Shown: piece by piece, positions 50,483 to 60,003 of the stretch
How positions within the stretch are numbered: the first letter of the stretch is position 1
How the letters are laid out: every line of letters begins with the position of its first letter
Assembly (NCBI GenBank): GCA_050246315.1
Contig: JBFWWG010000012.1
Span: 32,001 to 96,000 of the forward strand
Direction: 5' to 3'
Source of the DNA: Nitrospiraceae bacterium
GTDB taxonomy: Bacteria > Nitrospirota > Nitrospiria > Nitrospirales > Nitrospiraceae
Length of the DNA: 64,000 nt
The notes under the pieces: model-generated
Told to the model about the DNA's origin: nothing
Database searches by the model: none
The model's input: the letters and a program-made list of their open reading frames with translations, nothing else
Translations under genes and position numbers: made by a program

Positions 50483-51022
50483 TCAGGTACCTCCAGAATT
50501 CGTTTCTGTCTTGGGACGAAAGACCTCCTGCCAAATCTTCTCATAGGGATCAGGGCTGAACTGCGGACAAGGATCTGGCGCAGCCTCACTTAGGATTGTC
50601 GTATGGAGCCAGCCGCCGAAGTAGGAGAACTGTGTCGCTGTCCCCAATTTATCTCCGGTTTGCCTATCAAGAATGGAAAGTTGATGCTTCGTGATACGGA
50701 ATACTTTCGAAAATCCTCGAACTATGCTTGTTTGCCTATCGAAGCGCTTTTGAAGTTCTTTTTCATCCAGTCGTCCGTCAGGCATGAAATACGTCTTGTC
50801 CACCTCAATAGTCTTGAAGACTTCTACCCCTCCCTCTTTCTGGCAAATGTATTGATGGTACAGCCGTCCAGGAATGATGTCCCACGTGGGGATCAATACA
50901 AACATCGCGATGGTTGCGTATTTGCCAAGCTTGCTCTGCGTACGCACTTCCATTCGCTGGGCCATATACCGCGCAAGCCCGACATAAAGCCCGCAGAGGA
51001 GAAGAACCGCTAAGCCAAACAT
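50483..51022 (-). CDS. Membrane-anchored immunity/partner-like protein C (paralog of A)
   Basis: First 88 aa nearly identical to A, C-terminal half diverged. Confidence 0.8.
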   Translation of the reverse strand: MFGLAVLLLCGLYVGLARYMAQRMEVRTQSKLGKYATIAMFVLIPTWDIIPGRLYHQYICQKEGGVEVFKTIEVDKTYFMPDGRLDEKELQKRFDRQTSIVRGFSKVFRITKHQLSILDRQTGDKLGTATQFSYFGGWLHTTILSEAAPDPCPQFSPDPYEKIWQEVFRPKTETNSGGT

Positions 51023-51112
51023 CCACGCCGCCTTTCGCTTGTGGTGCTAGCCAAGTTGTAATTACCTAATCTCATTGCTCCTGGTTACATACCTATGGAC
51101 TCTTCGAGATGA

Positions 51113-51763
51113 CGTTCCGGACATCTTCCCAATGATTTCATCGCGAAGCGTCCGTGTCCCAAGTACCGCGGCCTGACCCCACCCGCAAGCCGCGGCATTC
51201 GAGGTGCTTGCCCGATTGAAATGCGATTCTTCAGAGGAGGAGTGGGCTCCCCTACTGGTAGGTGCCCTGCGCGTCGCGAAGGACGACTCGCATCGAACCG
51301 CCGGGCATTGCTGATTGAGACTGATTGTCTCGGGATCGGGAGGACTTGTCGAGGATTTCCGCCGAGATGGACGGCGCGCACCACGACCATCACGAAAATG
51401 GGACCATTGCTACTTTGAATCGTGATCAGCCTCCAATCACTTCGCCAACTCGAACGGCCTGTCCAGATACGGCCCCCACCCAGGGTTGTGCGACAGTCTT
51501 TTGCCTGCCAAGACCAACTTGGACGAGCCGAAGAACGCGCCTGCAATTGAGAAGAAGCACCGGCGGTCCTCGCGGAGCATCCCAGAAGTCCGTTCGTGGT
51601 GAGCCTGTTGAACCGTGAAGGGAACTGCTTCAGCCCGGGCGCTCTTCGAGCGGCTCAGGACGAATGGATTATCACAGGAACTTAAAGGACACTACTACGG
51701 TGGCTGAGTCTGAAGGGCGGCCAGCCGGACGGGCTCGACAGCCGAGCATCCAGTCAAGCAACG
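51113..51763. repeat. Cassette leader repeat, copy 3
   Basis: Near-identical to 47697-48347. Confidence 0.95.
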
Positions 51764-51938
51764 ACCACAAGGCCTCGACTCCACCGGCTTGGGCAGGGTA
51801 TCAGCCAACCGCGACATCCGGGGTCACTGGATTGGCCTGATCAGCCTGTGAATCAGAAAGGAAAGTGCGGGCTGGACGCAGATTGCCTACGCTGCAAGCT
51901 GGCGAGAGCCGACAGCGCCGCTCGCTCACGTGATCCCG

Positions 51939-52370
51939 TTATGGAGCGGCGGGCAGGATCGTTCTGGCGAGGGCGGTGGCGGTGAAGTCGCTTCCGATCG
52001 AGCTCTTGACGTTGTCAGGGGGCGCTTCGATCAACGCTTCGACCTGCATGACCATCCCGTGGCGTGCGGGTTGGGTCAGGCTTTCATCCTCCTGGCATCG
52101 CACCAGATAGACCACTCTGATCGTTCCCGTGCTGTCTTCCAGATCGAAGTCCTGTCCACAGAGCGATTGGACCGCGACATTCCTGCCCGACCTCGTCCCG
52201 ATCACATGGACTTTCCCTTGTATGCGGACCACCTTTCGGTGAAAGCCTGTCGGATTGGACAGGATCTTCTCAATCGGGATGATCTGGTCTGCTGCGAACG
52301 CGGGCACGCCTCCAACGCAAACCGTCAAGACACCGATGCCGAAGACGGTTTGGACAAACCCTGTTCTCAT
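51939..52370 (-). CDS. Secreted OB-fold-like protein
   Basis: Signal peptide (PAFA), I..IL.NP..F..K.V.I.G.V and F.LEDSTG.I.V motifs. Confidence 0.7.
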   Translation of the reverse strand: MRTGFVQTVFGIGVLTVCVGGVPAFAADQIIPIEKILSNPTGFHRKVVRIQGKVHVIGTRSGRNVAVQSLCGQDFDLEDSTGTIRVVYLVRCQEDESLTQPARHGMVMQVEALIEAPPDNVKSSIGSDFTATALARTILPAAP

Positions 52371-52455
52371 CGGTCTACTCCCTTCTGATTGTTGCCCCAT
52401 CCAGACTGTACGACAGGCCGCGTCAATGCCCAACTAATTCTGCGCTTTGGTCTCG

Positions 52456-52484
52456 TTGACAAGCCGGTTGCTCCCACCTAAGAT
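52456..52484 (+). promoter_or_regulatory. Sigma70-type promoter
   Basis: TTGACA-17 nt-TAAGAT upstream of the UDG gene. Confidence 0.65.
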
Positions 52485-52510
52485 TCGCCCCGTTCATCTA
52501 TCCGACTGTT

Positions 52511-53167
52511 ATGGCGATGACACTCCAAGAACTCAGCACCTCGCTCCACAACTGCCAGCGTTGTAAGCTCGCCAAGCTCGGCCGGTCTCAAGTGGTCTTC
52601 GGCGTCGGCAACCCTCACGCCTCGATCATGTTCGTCGGCGAGGCGCCCGGTTTTTACGAAGATCAGAAGGGAGAGCCGTTCGTCGGCGCAGCGGGCAAAC
52701 TCTTGAACGATCTTTTGCAGTCTGCGGGACTGTCACGTTCCGAAATCTACATTGCGAACGTCATCAAGTGCCGGCCGCCCAACAACCGCGACCCGGAGCC
52801 GGACGAGGTCGAAACCTGTAAGCCCTTCCTCATGGAACAGATCGGCCTGATCAAGCCGAAGCTTGTCTGCACGCTCGGCAACTGGGCGACCCAGACCTTG
52901 ATGGAGCGGAAGGTGGGGATTACGAAGGTGCGGGGACAGGCGTTTTATTTGAAGGACTTCGTGCTGTTTCCATTGTTCCATCCGGCCGCAGCACTGCACC
53001 AGGGCAATTTGATGGATTCGTTGCGGGAGGATTTCAAGAAACTGAAGACGTATCTCGATAAGATGCGCGCGGAGCCACCGCCCGCATCCACGCCGGCACA
53101 GCCCGATCAGTCTTCATCGGAGACAAAGGAGGGGGAGGCCGCGACTCAGATGAGCCTCTTCGGCTAG
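52511..53167 (+). CDS. Uracil-DNA glycosylase family 4 (Fe-S)
   Basis: C..C.L, VGEAPG..ED..G.PFVG.AG, N..KCRPP.NR.P, HPAA. Confidence 0.93.
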   Translation: MAMTLQELSTSLHNCQRCKLAKLGRSQVVFGVGNPHASIMFVGEAPGFYEDQKGEPFVGAAGKLLNDLLQSAGLSRSEIYIANVIKCRPPNNRDPEPDEVETCKPFLMEQIGLIKPKLVCTLGNWATQTLMERKVGITKVRGQAFYLKDFVLFPLFHPAAALHQGNLMDSLREDFKKLKTYLDKMRAEPPPASTPAQPDQSSSETKEGEAATQMSLFG

Positions 53168-53208
53168 TCTTTCCGGTCGAGGCGCGTGGGATCGCCGCCG
53201 CGAGCCGA

Positions 53209-53676
53209 TTACTTCGAAGCGGGCGACTTGGCATCGGAGGAACTCGCCGACGATTCCTTCTCAGGCTGCATCCCTTCCTCTCCAGGCTGTTCGCTCGGTT
53301 CCGGCTCATCGAACCAGGCCGCCAGCATGTCTTCCCACCAGGCCTCATTCACCTCGTCACCGGGATCAACACCGATGCCGGCCACATCGGTCGCCGTGAG
53401 GGAAGCCCCGGCCGCAGACGGAGTCGCCTTGAGGTGATCGATGACCTGTTTGGTGGCGAAACCGCCGACCATCCAGCTATCGGGGTCGGCACGGCGCGAT
53501 TTATAGGCCTTCAGGTTTTGTTTCAAATAGAGAAAGATGGCGCGTTGTGGGTCATCGCCCACGCCGGACTGAGGCAGGCTCAAGATCTTCTCGATCTTTT
53601 TTCGCCATTTCCAGTCGTTGTACCGTGAGGTGATCAACTGCAACATCTTTCCGCCCAGTTCAGCGTCCAGCGCCAT
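53209..53676 (-). CDS. Hypothetical protein
   Basis: Natural-looking ORF co-oriented with its neighbour. Confidence 0.7.
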   Translation of the reverse strand: MALDAELGGKMLQLITSRYNDWKWRKKIEKILSLPQSGVGDDPQRAIFLYLKQNLKAYKSRRADPDSWMVGGFATKQVIDHLKATPSAAGASLTATDVAGIGVDPGDEVNEAWWEDMLAAWFDEPEPSEQPGEEGMQPEKESSASSSDAKSPASK

Positions 53677-53683
53677 AGTCCAC

Positions 53684-53974
53684 CTAATTCCTCTCCTCTT
53701 CCCGCAATGCCACGGTGTCGTTCAGCCCGGCCGCCTCGAGAATCTCGCACACCGGCCGGTGGTAGACGCGCGGCACATAAAAAAACAGCCCCTTATAGAC
53801 ACTGCCGAAGATCGCCCCCAGCATCGACTCATTCCGATATTCTTCCAGGCTGAGCGCGTAGTCCACTCCTTGCGCCGTCAAGGCCTGCTCCGCCGCTTCC
53901 GCCTCGCGAGACGTGCCGGCGATATAGACCAAGCTCAGCGGGGCTGCAAACCACTCTGTCGTGCGCCGCGCCAC
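53684..53974 (-). CDS. Hypothetical protein
   Basis: Natural-looking ORF ending 7 nt before the next start. Confidence 0.65.
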   Translation of the reverse strand: MARRTTEWFAAPLSLVYIAGTSREAEAAEQALTAQGVDYALSLEEYRNESMLGAIFGSVYKGLFFYVPRVYHRPVCEILEAAGLNDTVALREEERN

Positions 53975-54187
53975 GTCTGAATTCCTGCGGTGACGTTAGC
54001 CCGCATTATTCATGACGGTTCGTTGCGTTCCACCCGTTGCAGTGAAAGCGCAACGGGTACCCGGCAGTCGCCAAGCGAGACGGGCAAGCGCAGCCGCGAA
54101 AGACTGAGCGGCGAGCGCGCCCGCCGTCAGGCTCTGTCGCAGCGGCGAATCCGCGATTGCAGCAGGAGTGTTCATAAATAATGCAGC

Positions 54188-54889
54188 TTAGGCCAGGTGC
54201 TGGCGAAAGAAGGCCACTGCCCGTCCCCACGCATCTTGCGCCTCGGCCGGCCGATACACTTCCTTCCTCGTATCGTTAAAGAAGGCGTGCGTCGCTCCCG
54301 GATAGGTCTTGATCTCACCTGCCTTACCATATTTCTTCAACGCTCCGGCCAACCGTTGCACATCGGCCCTGGTGATCCAGCCGTCGTCCTCTCCATAGAT
54401 ATAGAGGATCGGACAGGCCAGGTTCTGGATCGGATTGTCCGGATTCGGCACCTGCCCGTAGAAAGGCACCGCGGCTCTAATGTCCCGACTCACACAGGGC
54501 AACATCAGCGTATAGGACCCGCCCATACAAAACCCGATGACCCCGATGCGACCGGCATCGACCTCCGGTGCCAGCCTGAGATAGGTCACCGTCGCGACGA
54601 GATCGTTGAGGCCGTCCTCCTGTTTCAGCTTGTTCATCAGTTGACCGGCTTCGTTCGCATTGGTGGTGACGACATGGCCAAAGCGCGAATAGAGATCCGG
54701 TGCGATCGCCACATACCCCTCCCTGGCCACACGCCGCGCAATGTCCTTGATATGGTCGTTCAGCCCCCACCATTCCTGGACGACGATGATCGTGGGCCTC
54801 GGTTCTTTGGCCGCTTCCGAGACGAGGAGCGCGCGGATGGTGCCCCCCTCGCCGGGATACTGCACCATGGTTTCGTTCAGTTCCGGCAT
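54188..54889 (-). CDS. Dienelactone hydrolase family protein
   Basis: QEWWGLN.HI, APDLY, GFCMGG, HAFFND. Confidence 0.92.
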   Translation of the reverse strand: MPELNETMVQYPGEGGTIRALLVSEAAKEPRPTIIVVQEWWGLNDHIKDIARRVAREGYVAIAPDLYSRFGHVVTTNANEAGQLMNKLKQEDGLNDLVATVTYLRLAPEVDAGRIGVIGFCMGGSYTLMLPCVSRDIRAAVPFYGQVPNPDNPIQNLACPILYIYGEDDGWITRADVQRLAGALKKYGKAGEIKTYPGATHAFFNDTRKEVYRPAEAQDAWGRAVAFFRQHLA

Positions 54890-55000
54890 GATGCTCAGTT
54901 ACTACCGTTACTACCGTAGCGTCGTAGAAGTTCGTTCGTGGTGAGCCCTTCGACTGGCTCAGGGCGAACGGATCTTCACCTGAAGGAAAGGAAGACAATA

Positions 55001-56380
55001 CTAACTACCGGCGACGGTCATCTCATGCAACTTGATCGTCGGACTGGCGATCCGCCCGCGGAAACGCAAGTCGTTCCCGATCTCCTCGATGTTCAACCAC
55101 ATGTCTTTCAGATTGCCGGCGATGGTGATCTCTTCCACTGGAAAAGCCAGCTCCCCATCCTTGATCCAAAACCCCACCGCTCCGCGGGAGTAATCTCCTG
55201 TCACCATGTTCACGCCGAAGCCGATCAACTCCGTCACGTACAGCCCTTCCTTGATTCCGCCGATGATCTGCTCGGCGGATTGTGTGCCGGGGCTCAGGTA
55301 AAAGTTTGTCGGCCCCACACCGGGACTGTCCCCGACGCTTCTGGAGGCATTGCCCGTCGACGCCAATCCTAATTTGCGTCCGGAATAGGTATCGAGGAGG
55401 TAACTCTTCAGGAGACCCTGCTCGACGACAACGGTCCGCCTGGTCGGCAACCCGTCTCCGTCGAAGGGCTTGGAGCCCAATCCGCCGACCACGCGGCCGT
55501 CATCGTAGAGCGTGACGGTCTCCGGCGCGATCTTCTGACCCAGTTGGCCGACCAGGTAGGACGCTCCTTTATAGAGCGCGTAGCCGGAGAGGGCGCTACA
55601 AAGTTGGCTCAACAACCCGCCGGCCATCTCCTGATCGAATACGACCGGGACCCGCTTGGTCGCCACTCTTCTTGCACCGAGCCTTCGGATGGTCCGGCGC
55701 GCGGCTTCGAGACCGATCGATTCGGGACTGTCCAGCTTGGCGTACTTACGTTGCACGGCGTACCAGCTATCGCGCTGCATCGTACCGTTGTCCGGGTCGC
55801 GGGCGACCGGCGCGACGGAGAGGGAATAATTGGTGGCGCGATACTGTCCGGAAAATCCGCGGCTATTGGCGAGCACGATGGACCCGGTGGACCAGTCGAA
55901 TTCCGCTCCTTCGGAATTAATGATGCGCGGATCGGCCGACAGGGCCGTCCGCTCGGCGGCGCGGGCGTGATCAATCTGCTGTTCGGTCGTGAGACGGGTC
56001 TCGTCATACAGGTCCAGATCCGGGAGTTCTCCGGCACATTGATCCCCTTCGGGCAACCCGGACATCTCATCCTCGACCACGGCCCTCGCCAGCGCGCAGG
56101 TATCGGCGACCAACTGTGTCAACGACGCCTTCGAGAAATCCGACGTGGAGGTGGTCGCCGAGCGCTTGCCGATAAAGACCCTCAGTCCCAGCCGCTTTTC
56201 CCTGGCCTTTGTAAGCCGATCCACCGCCGACATACGGACCTGCACCGACAGCGTCTCGCCGTCAACCACCATGACTTCCGCGTCGGTCGCCCCGTCGCCC
56301 TTCGCCTGATCCAGCAGATCCAAGGCCAGCTCAACATACGAGCCGCCGGATGTCACGGCCGTCGTCATGCCCAACTCCAT
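55001..56380 (-). CDS. pmbA: PmbA/TldE metalloprotease subunit
   Basis: FDGDG, TGDYSRGA.GFWI..GE...PV.EITIAGNL. Confidence 0.92.
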   Translation of the reverse strand: MELGMTTAVTSGGSYVELALDLLDQAKGDGATDAEVMVVDGETLSVQVRMSAVDRLTKAREKRLGLRVFIGKRSATTSTSDFSKASLTQLVADTCALARAVVEDEMSGLPEGDQCAGELPDLDLYDETRLTTEQQIDHARAAERTALSADPRIINSEGAEFDWSTGSIVLANSRGFSGQYRATNYSLSVAPVARDPDNGTMQRDSWYAVQRKYAKLDSPESIGLEAARRTIRRLGARRVATKRVPVVFDQEMAGGLLSQLCSALSGYALYKGASYLVGQLGQKIAPETVTLYDDGRVVGGLGSKPFDGDGLPTRRTVVVEQGLLKSYLLDTYSGRKLGLASTGNASRSVGDSPGVGPTNFYLSPGTQSAEQIIGGIKEGLYVTELIGFGVNMVTGDYSRGAVGFWIKDGELAFPVEEITIAGNLKDMWLNIEEIGNDLRFRGRIASPTIKLHEMTVAGS

Positions 56381-56485
56381 TCGTCAACCGTCATGTCGCC
56401 AACCGTCATACATCAATCGTTGAATTGAGGACCCCTGCCCGTTCTGCTCGCTTGACGTTTGACGCGTGACGAGCGCCTCTATGCC

Positions 56486-57925
56486 TCACGAGGCCTGCGT
56501 TCCGCCGACCGTCAGCTCATCGATCTTGATCGTCGGCAGTCCCACTCCAACCGGCACCGACTGACCTTCCTTCCCACAGGTGCCGATCCCCTCGTCCAAT
56601 GCGAGGTCGTGGCCGACCATCGAGACCTTAGTCAGCACATCCGGTCCGTTCCCGATGAGGGTGGCGCCCTTCACGGGACGCGTCATCCGGCCGTCTTCGA
56701 TCAGATAGGCCTCGCTCGCCGAAAACACGAACTTGCCGCTCGTAATATCGACCTGTCCACCCCCGAAGGAGACGGCATAGAGCCCGCGCTTCACCGAACG
56801 GAGAATATCCTGCGGATCGTCCTGGCCTGCCAGCATGAAGGTATTGGTCATGCGCGGGAGCACCACACTTTGATAGCTCTCTCGCCGGCCGTTCCCCGTC
56901 AGAGGAATCCCCATCAACCTCGCATTGAGCCGGTCCGTGATATACCCGCGCAGCAAGCCCTTCTCGATGAGGACCGTTCGAGTGGTCGGCGTCCCCTCGT
57001 CGTCCATGTTCAACGACCCACGGCGAAACGGCAGGGTTCCGTCGTCCACGATGGTGCAAAGCTCCGAGGCCACCCTCGTCCCGACGCGGTCGGAGAAGGC
57101 CGATGTCTTTCGCCGGTTGAAATCTGCCTCCAATCCATGCCCGATGGCCTCATGGAGCAGAATCCCGGGCCAGCCCCCGCCTAGGACGACCGGCATCACG
57201 CCGGCCGGCGCTTCGACGGCGCTGAGATTCAAGATGGCCTGGCGAGCCGCTTCCTTGGCGTAGCGTGCGTAGCGGTCCTGCTCACGGAACCAGTGGAAGT
57301 CGATTCGGCCGCCCCCGCCGAAACTCCCGACCTGACGATTCCCGTTCTCCTCCGCAATGCAGGTCACTTGCAGCCGGGCCAACGGCTGTACGTCGCCGAC
57401 CGCCATCCCTTCATGGTTCACGACCATCACGAGCTTGTATTCCATATTGATGGAGGCGAACACGTTCTTGATGCGCGGGTCGCAGCGCCTCGCCTCCTGG
57501 TCGATCAGGTTCAACAACGCCACTCGATCCTGAGTCGCCACCTCCGCCACGGTCTGCTCAAGCGGGTAGAGATTATGTGCGGGTTGTCGGCGCTGGGTGA
57601 CGGGGACAGGGCTGCCGCCCTGAGGAGAGGCGGCGATATACCGGGCCGCGTCGGCTGCGATTTCGAGATCCTTCTTGGTCAGCTCGTCGGAGTAGGCGAA
57701 CCCGGTCTTCTCTCCTGCCGTGGCCCGGACACCGACACCCTGTGAAATGCTCTTGGTGGCGCGCTTGACGAGGCCCTCCTCCATCGAGACCGATTCCGAT
57801 CGGCTGACCTCGAAGTAGAGATCGGCGTAATCGACCGCGGGCGCCTTCACACGAGCGACCGCCCGGAGCGCTTCCTGCTCCGTCACGCCGAATTGGCTGA
57901 GTTCCGTCTGCGGTTGTGTCGGCAT
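56486..57925 (-). CDS. tldD: TldD metalloprotease
   Basis: LLHEAIGHGLEADFNR, PRMTNT, CGKEGQSVPVGVG.PT. Confidence 0.95.
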   Translation of the reverse strand: MPTQPQTELSQFGVTEQEALRAVARVKAPAVDYADLYFEVSRSESVSMEEGLVKRATKSISQGVGVRATAGEKTGFAYSDELTKKDLEIAADAARYIAASPQGGSPVPVTQRRQPAHNLYPLEQTVAEVATQDRVALLNLIDQEARRCDPRIKNVFASINMEYKLVMVVNHEGMAVGDVQPLARLQVTCIAEENGNRQVGSFGGGGRIDFHWFREQDRYARYAKEAARQAILNLSAVEAPAGVMPVVLGGGWPGILLHEAIGHGLEADFNRRKTSAFSDRVGTRVASELCTIVDDGTLPFRRGSLNMDDEGTPTTRTVLIEKGLLRGYITDRLNARLMGIPLTGNGRRESYQSVVLPRMTNTFMLAGQDDPQDILRSVKRGLYAVSFGGGQVDITSGKFVFSASEAYLIEDGRMTRPVKGATLIGNGPDVLTKVSMVGHDLALDEGIGTCGKEGQSVPVGVGLPTIKIDELTVGGTQAS

Positions 57926-58115
57926 ACGATTCCGTCCGGGTCGAGCAACACGTTCACCACGAACAAGGCGAACGGAGTATAACTGATGCGTTTTTGCCGG
58001 CGCAATGTGAGCCTTCGCTGGCATCGAGGCGAGCAGTCTCTCCTCTCGGATTGTGCCCGCGCGCGGATCCCGATGAGAGACCGCCACGGGACTCTCGCTG
58101 CAACCGATGGGTTGT

Positions 58116-58144
58116 TTGACTTTTGTTCGGCTCCCCTTTAGACT
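58116..58144 (+). promoter_or_regulatory. Sigma70-type promoter of the uppS operon
   Basis: TTGACT-17 nt-TAGACT. Confidence 0.6.
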
Positions 58145-58191
58145 TTGCCATCCCGCCACCGTTCGAGATAAAAGGGAACCCTACCACCTTC

Positions 58192-58992
58192 ATGATAGGC
58201 AACAGCGCCCCGGCCGGCACCGCCGTGCTTTCCGACAGCGAGTTGATCGCGAGGCTCACGCCAGACTCGCTGCCCCGACACGTCGCCATCATCATGGACG
58301 GCAACGGGCGGTGGGCGAGAGCCCGAGGTCTACCCCGCATCGCCGGCCATTCGGAGGGCATCAAATCACTCCAGGAAGTCATCGGGCTGTTCCTTGAATT
58401 GAGCATTCCCGCCCTCACGATTTACGCCTTCTCCCAAGAAAATTGGAACCGTCCGGCAGGCGAAATCAAGGCATTGATGGGGCTGTTGGAACATTACCTT
58501 TCGACAGAGCAGGGCCGATTGGTGGAGCGCGGCATCCGCCTGCGGACGATCGGCCGAGTTGAAATGCTGCCGACCGGCGCGCTAGCGCGACTGCGGGCAA
58601 GCGAGGAGGAATCGAGGCACTGCGACAAGCTGGTATTGACTGTCGGGCTGAGCTACGGCGGGCGATCGGAAATCGTGGACGCCGTTCGAAAGGTCGCCGC
58701 CGACTGTCAAGCCAGGCGTCTTCAGCCCGACGACATCGACGAAGGGCTCTTCGAACAGTACCTCTCGACGACCGGCCTTCCCGACCCAGATCTGTTGATC
58801 CGCACGAGCGGTGAGTCGCGCATCAGCAATTTTCTGCTCTGGCAGTTGGCCTACACCGAACTTTACTTCACTCCCACCCTCTGGCCCGATTTTCGGCGGC
58901 GAGAAGCGTTGCTCGCGTTGATCGAGTTCCAACAGCGCGATCGCCGGTTTGGACGCATCAAGCCGTCCATGACGCCCTCCACCACCCGGTGA
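58192..58992 (+). CDS. uppS: Undecaprenyl diphosphate synthase
   Basis: HVAIIMDGNGRWA, FSQENW.RP, IRTSGE.RISNFLLWQ. Confidence 0.96.
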   Translation: MIGNSAPAGTAVLSDSELIARLTPDSLPRHVAIIMDGNGRWARARGLPRIAGHSEGIKSLQEVIGLFLELSIPALTIYAFSQENWNRPAGEIKALMGLLEHYLSTEQGRLVERGIRLRTIGRVEMLPTGALARLRASEEESRHCDKLVLTVGLSYGGRSEIVDAVRKVAADCQARRLQPDDIDEGLFEQYLSTTGLPDPDLLIRTSGESRISNFLLWQLAYTELYFTPTLWPDFRRREALLALIEFQQRDRRFGRIKPSMTPSTTR

Positions 58993-59876
58993 ACGAGTCG
59001 TCGATTGAACGATCGCCCGACAGTCTCGGGGCCTCCGCGGCCCCTTCCGTTGCGCCTCGCCGGTTCGATCCGCGACGTGTCTACGTGGCTCTCATCTTCC
59101 TTCCCATCGTCTACGCGATTATTCGCTACGTTCCGCCGGCGGGATTGTTCCTCCTCGTCTTGTTGACCGCCCTGTTGGCGCTGGGCGAACTTTACCGCAT
59201 GCACCTCGGCGCAAGGCCGTTTCCCCCGGTCATGCGCTGCGGGTTTCTCGGTTGCACCCTCCTGTTGGCGGCGGTGCAATGGCCGGAACTCCTGGACGGA
59301 CCGGCAGCCTTCGCCTTCTCCATCCTCCTGATGTTATGCGCCACGCTCTGGCCGGGAGATGCTCGCCCAAGCGTTCTCGCCGACACGGCCCTGGCTGGAT
59401 TCGGGCTCCTCTACGTCGGCTGGACGCTCTCGTACGTCCTCAAAATCCGGTCGTTGTCCGAGGGATTGTGGTTGATCTTTTTTCTCGTCCTGGTCACTTG
59501 GGCCGGCGACACGGGAGCCTACTACACTGGGATTTCGCTCGGACGTCGGCCGTTGGCGCCCAAGCTCAGTCCGAAGAAAACGGTGGAGGGATTGATCGGC
59601 GGCTGGATCTTTGCGATGGCGGCGGCCCTTGCCTCGTCATACTGGTTCCTCCCGAGCTTCGGCCCGCTCGATGCGATCGCCGCAAGCTTTGTATTGACAG
59701 GAGCGGGTCTGATAGGCGACTTATCTGAGTCGGCGCTGAAGCGCAGCGCGGGAGTCAAGGATTCCGGCTGGTTACTTCCGGGGCATGGCGGCGTGTTGGA
59801 TCGGATCGACAGCTTATTGTTCACCTCGCCGGTTTTCTACTATTATGTGGTCCTGACTCAGGGAACCCCTGTATGA
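58989..59876 (+). CDS. cdsA: Phosphatidate cytidylyltransferase
   Basis: SPKKTVEG, GDL.ES..KR..GVKDSG..LPGHGG.LDRIDS. Confidence 0.95.
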   Translation: MNESSIERSPDSLGASAAPSVAPRRFDPRRVYVALIFLPIVYAIIRYVPPAGLFLLVLLTALLALGELYRMHLGARPFPPVMRCGFLGCTLLLAAVQWPELLDGPAAFAFSILLMLCATLWPGDARPSVLADTALAGFGLLYVGWTLSYVLKIRSLSEGLWLIFFLVLVTWAGDTGAYYTGISLGRRPLAPKLSPKKTVEGLIGGWIFAMAAALASSYWFLPSFGPLDAIAASFVLTGAGLIGDLSESALKRSAGVKDSGWLLPGHGGVLDRIDSLLFTSPVFYYYVVLTQGTPV

Positions 59877-60003
59877 CGACATTCCGCGGAGCGCGAAGGA
59901 TCCCCTGGATGCGCCTCGCCGTCACGGCCACGCCGGGCATCCGCGCCGTTGCCGCATCTCCCCATCCCGATCGTTTGATTCCACGACTGCAAAGGACAGC
60001 CCT

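Noticed and set aside
47625..51618. Triplicated ORFs such as MQARSSARPSWSW... and MSRDREDLSRIS... within the leader repeats
   Set aside because: Non-protein-like composition, different stops between copies, and overlap with REP hairpins; no transposase motifs, so not called as an IS
33625..51930. Integrase, att sites or tolC for the T1SS island
   Set aside because: None recognisable in the window; no tRNA or flanking direct repeat seen
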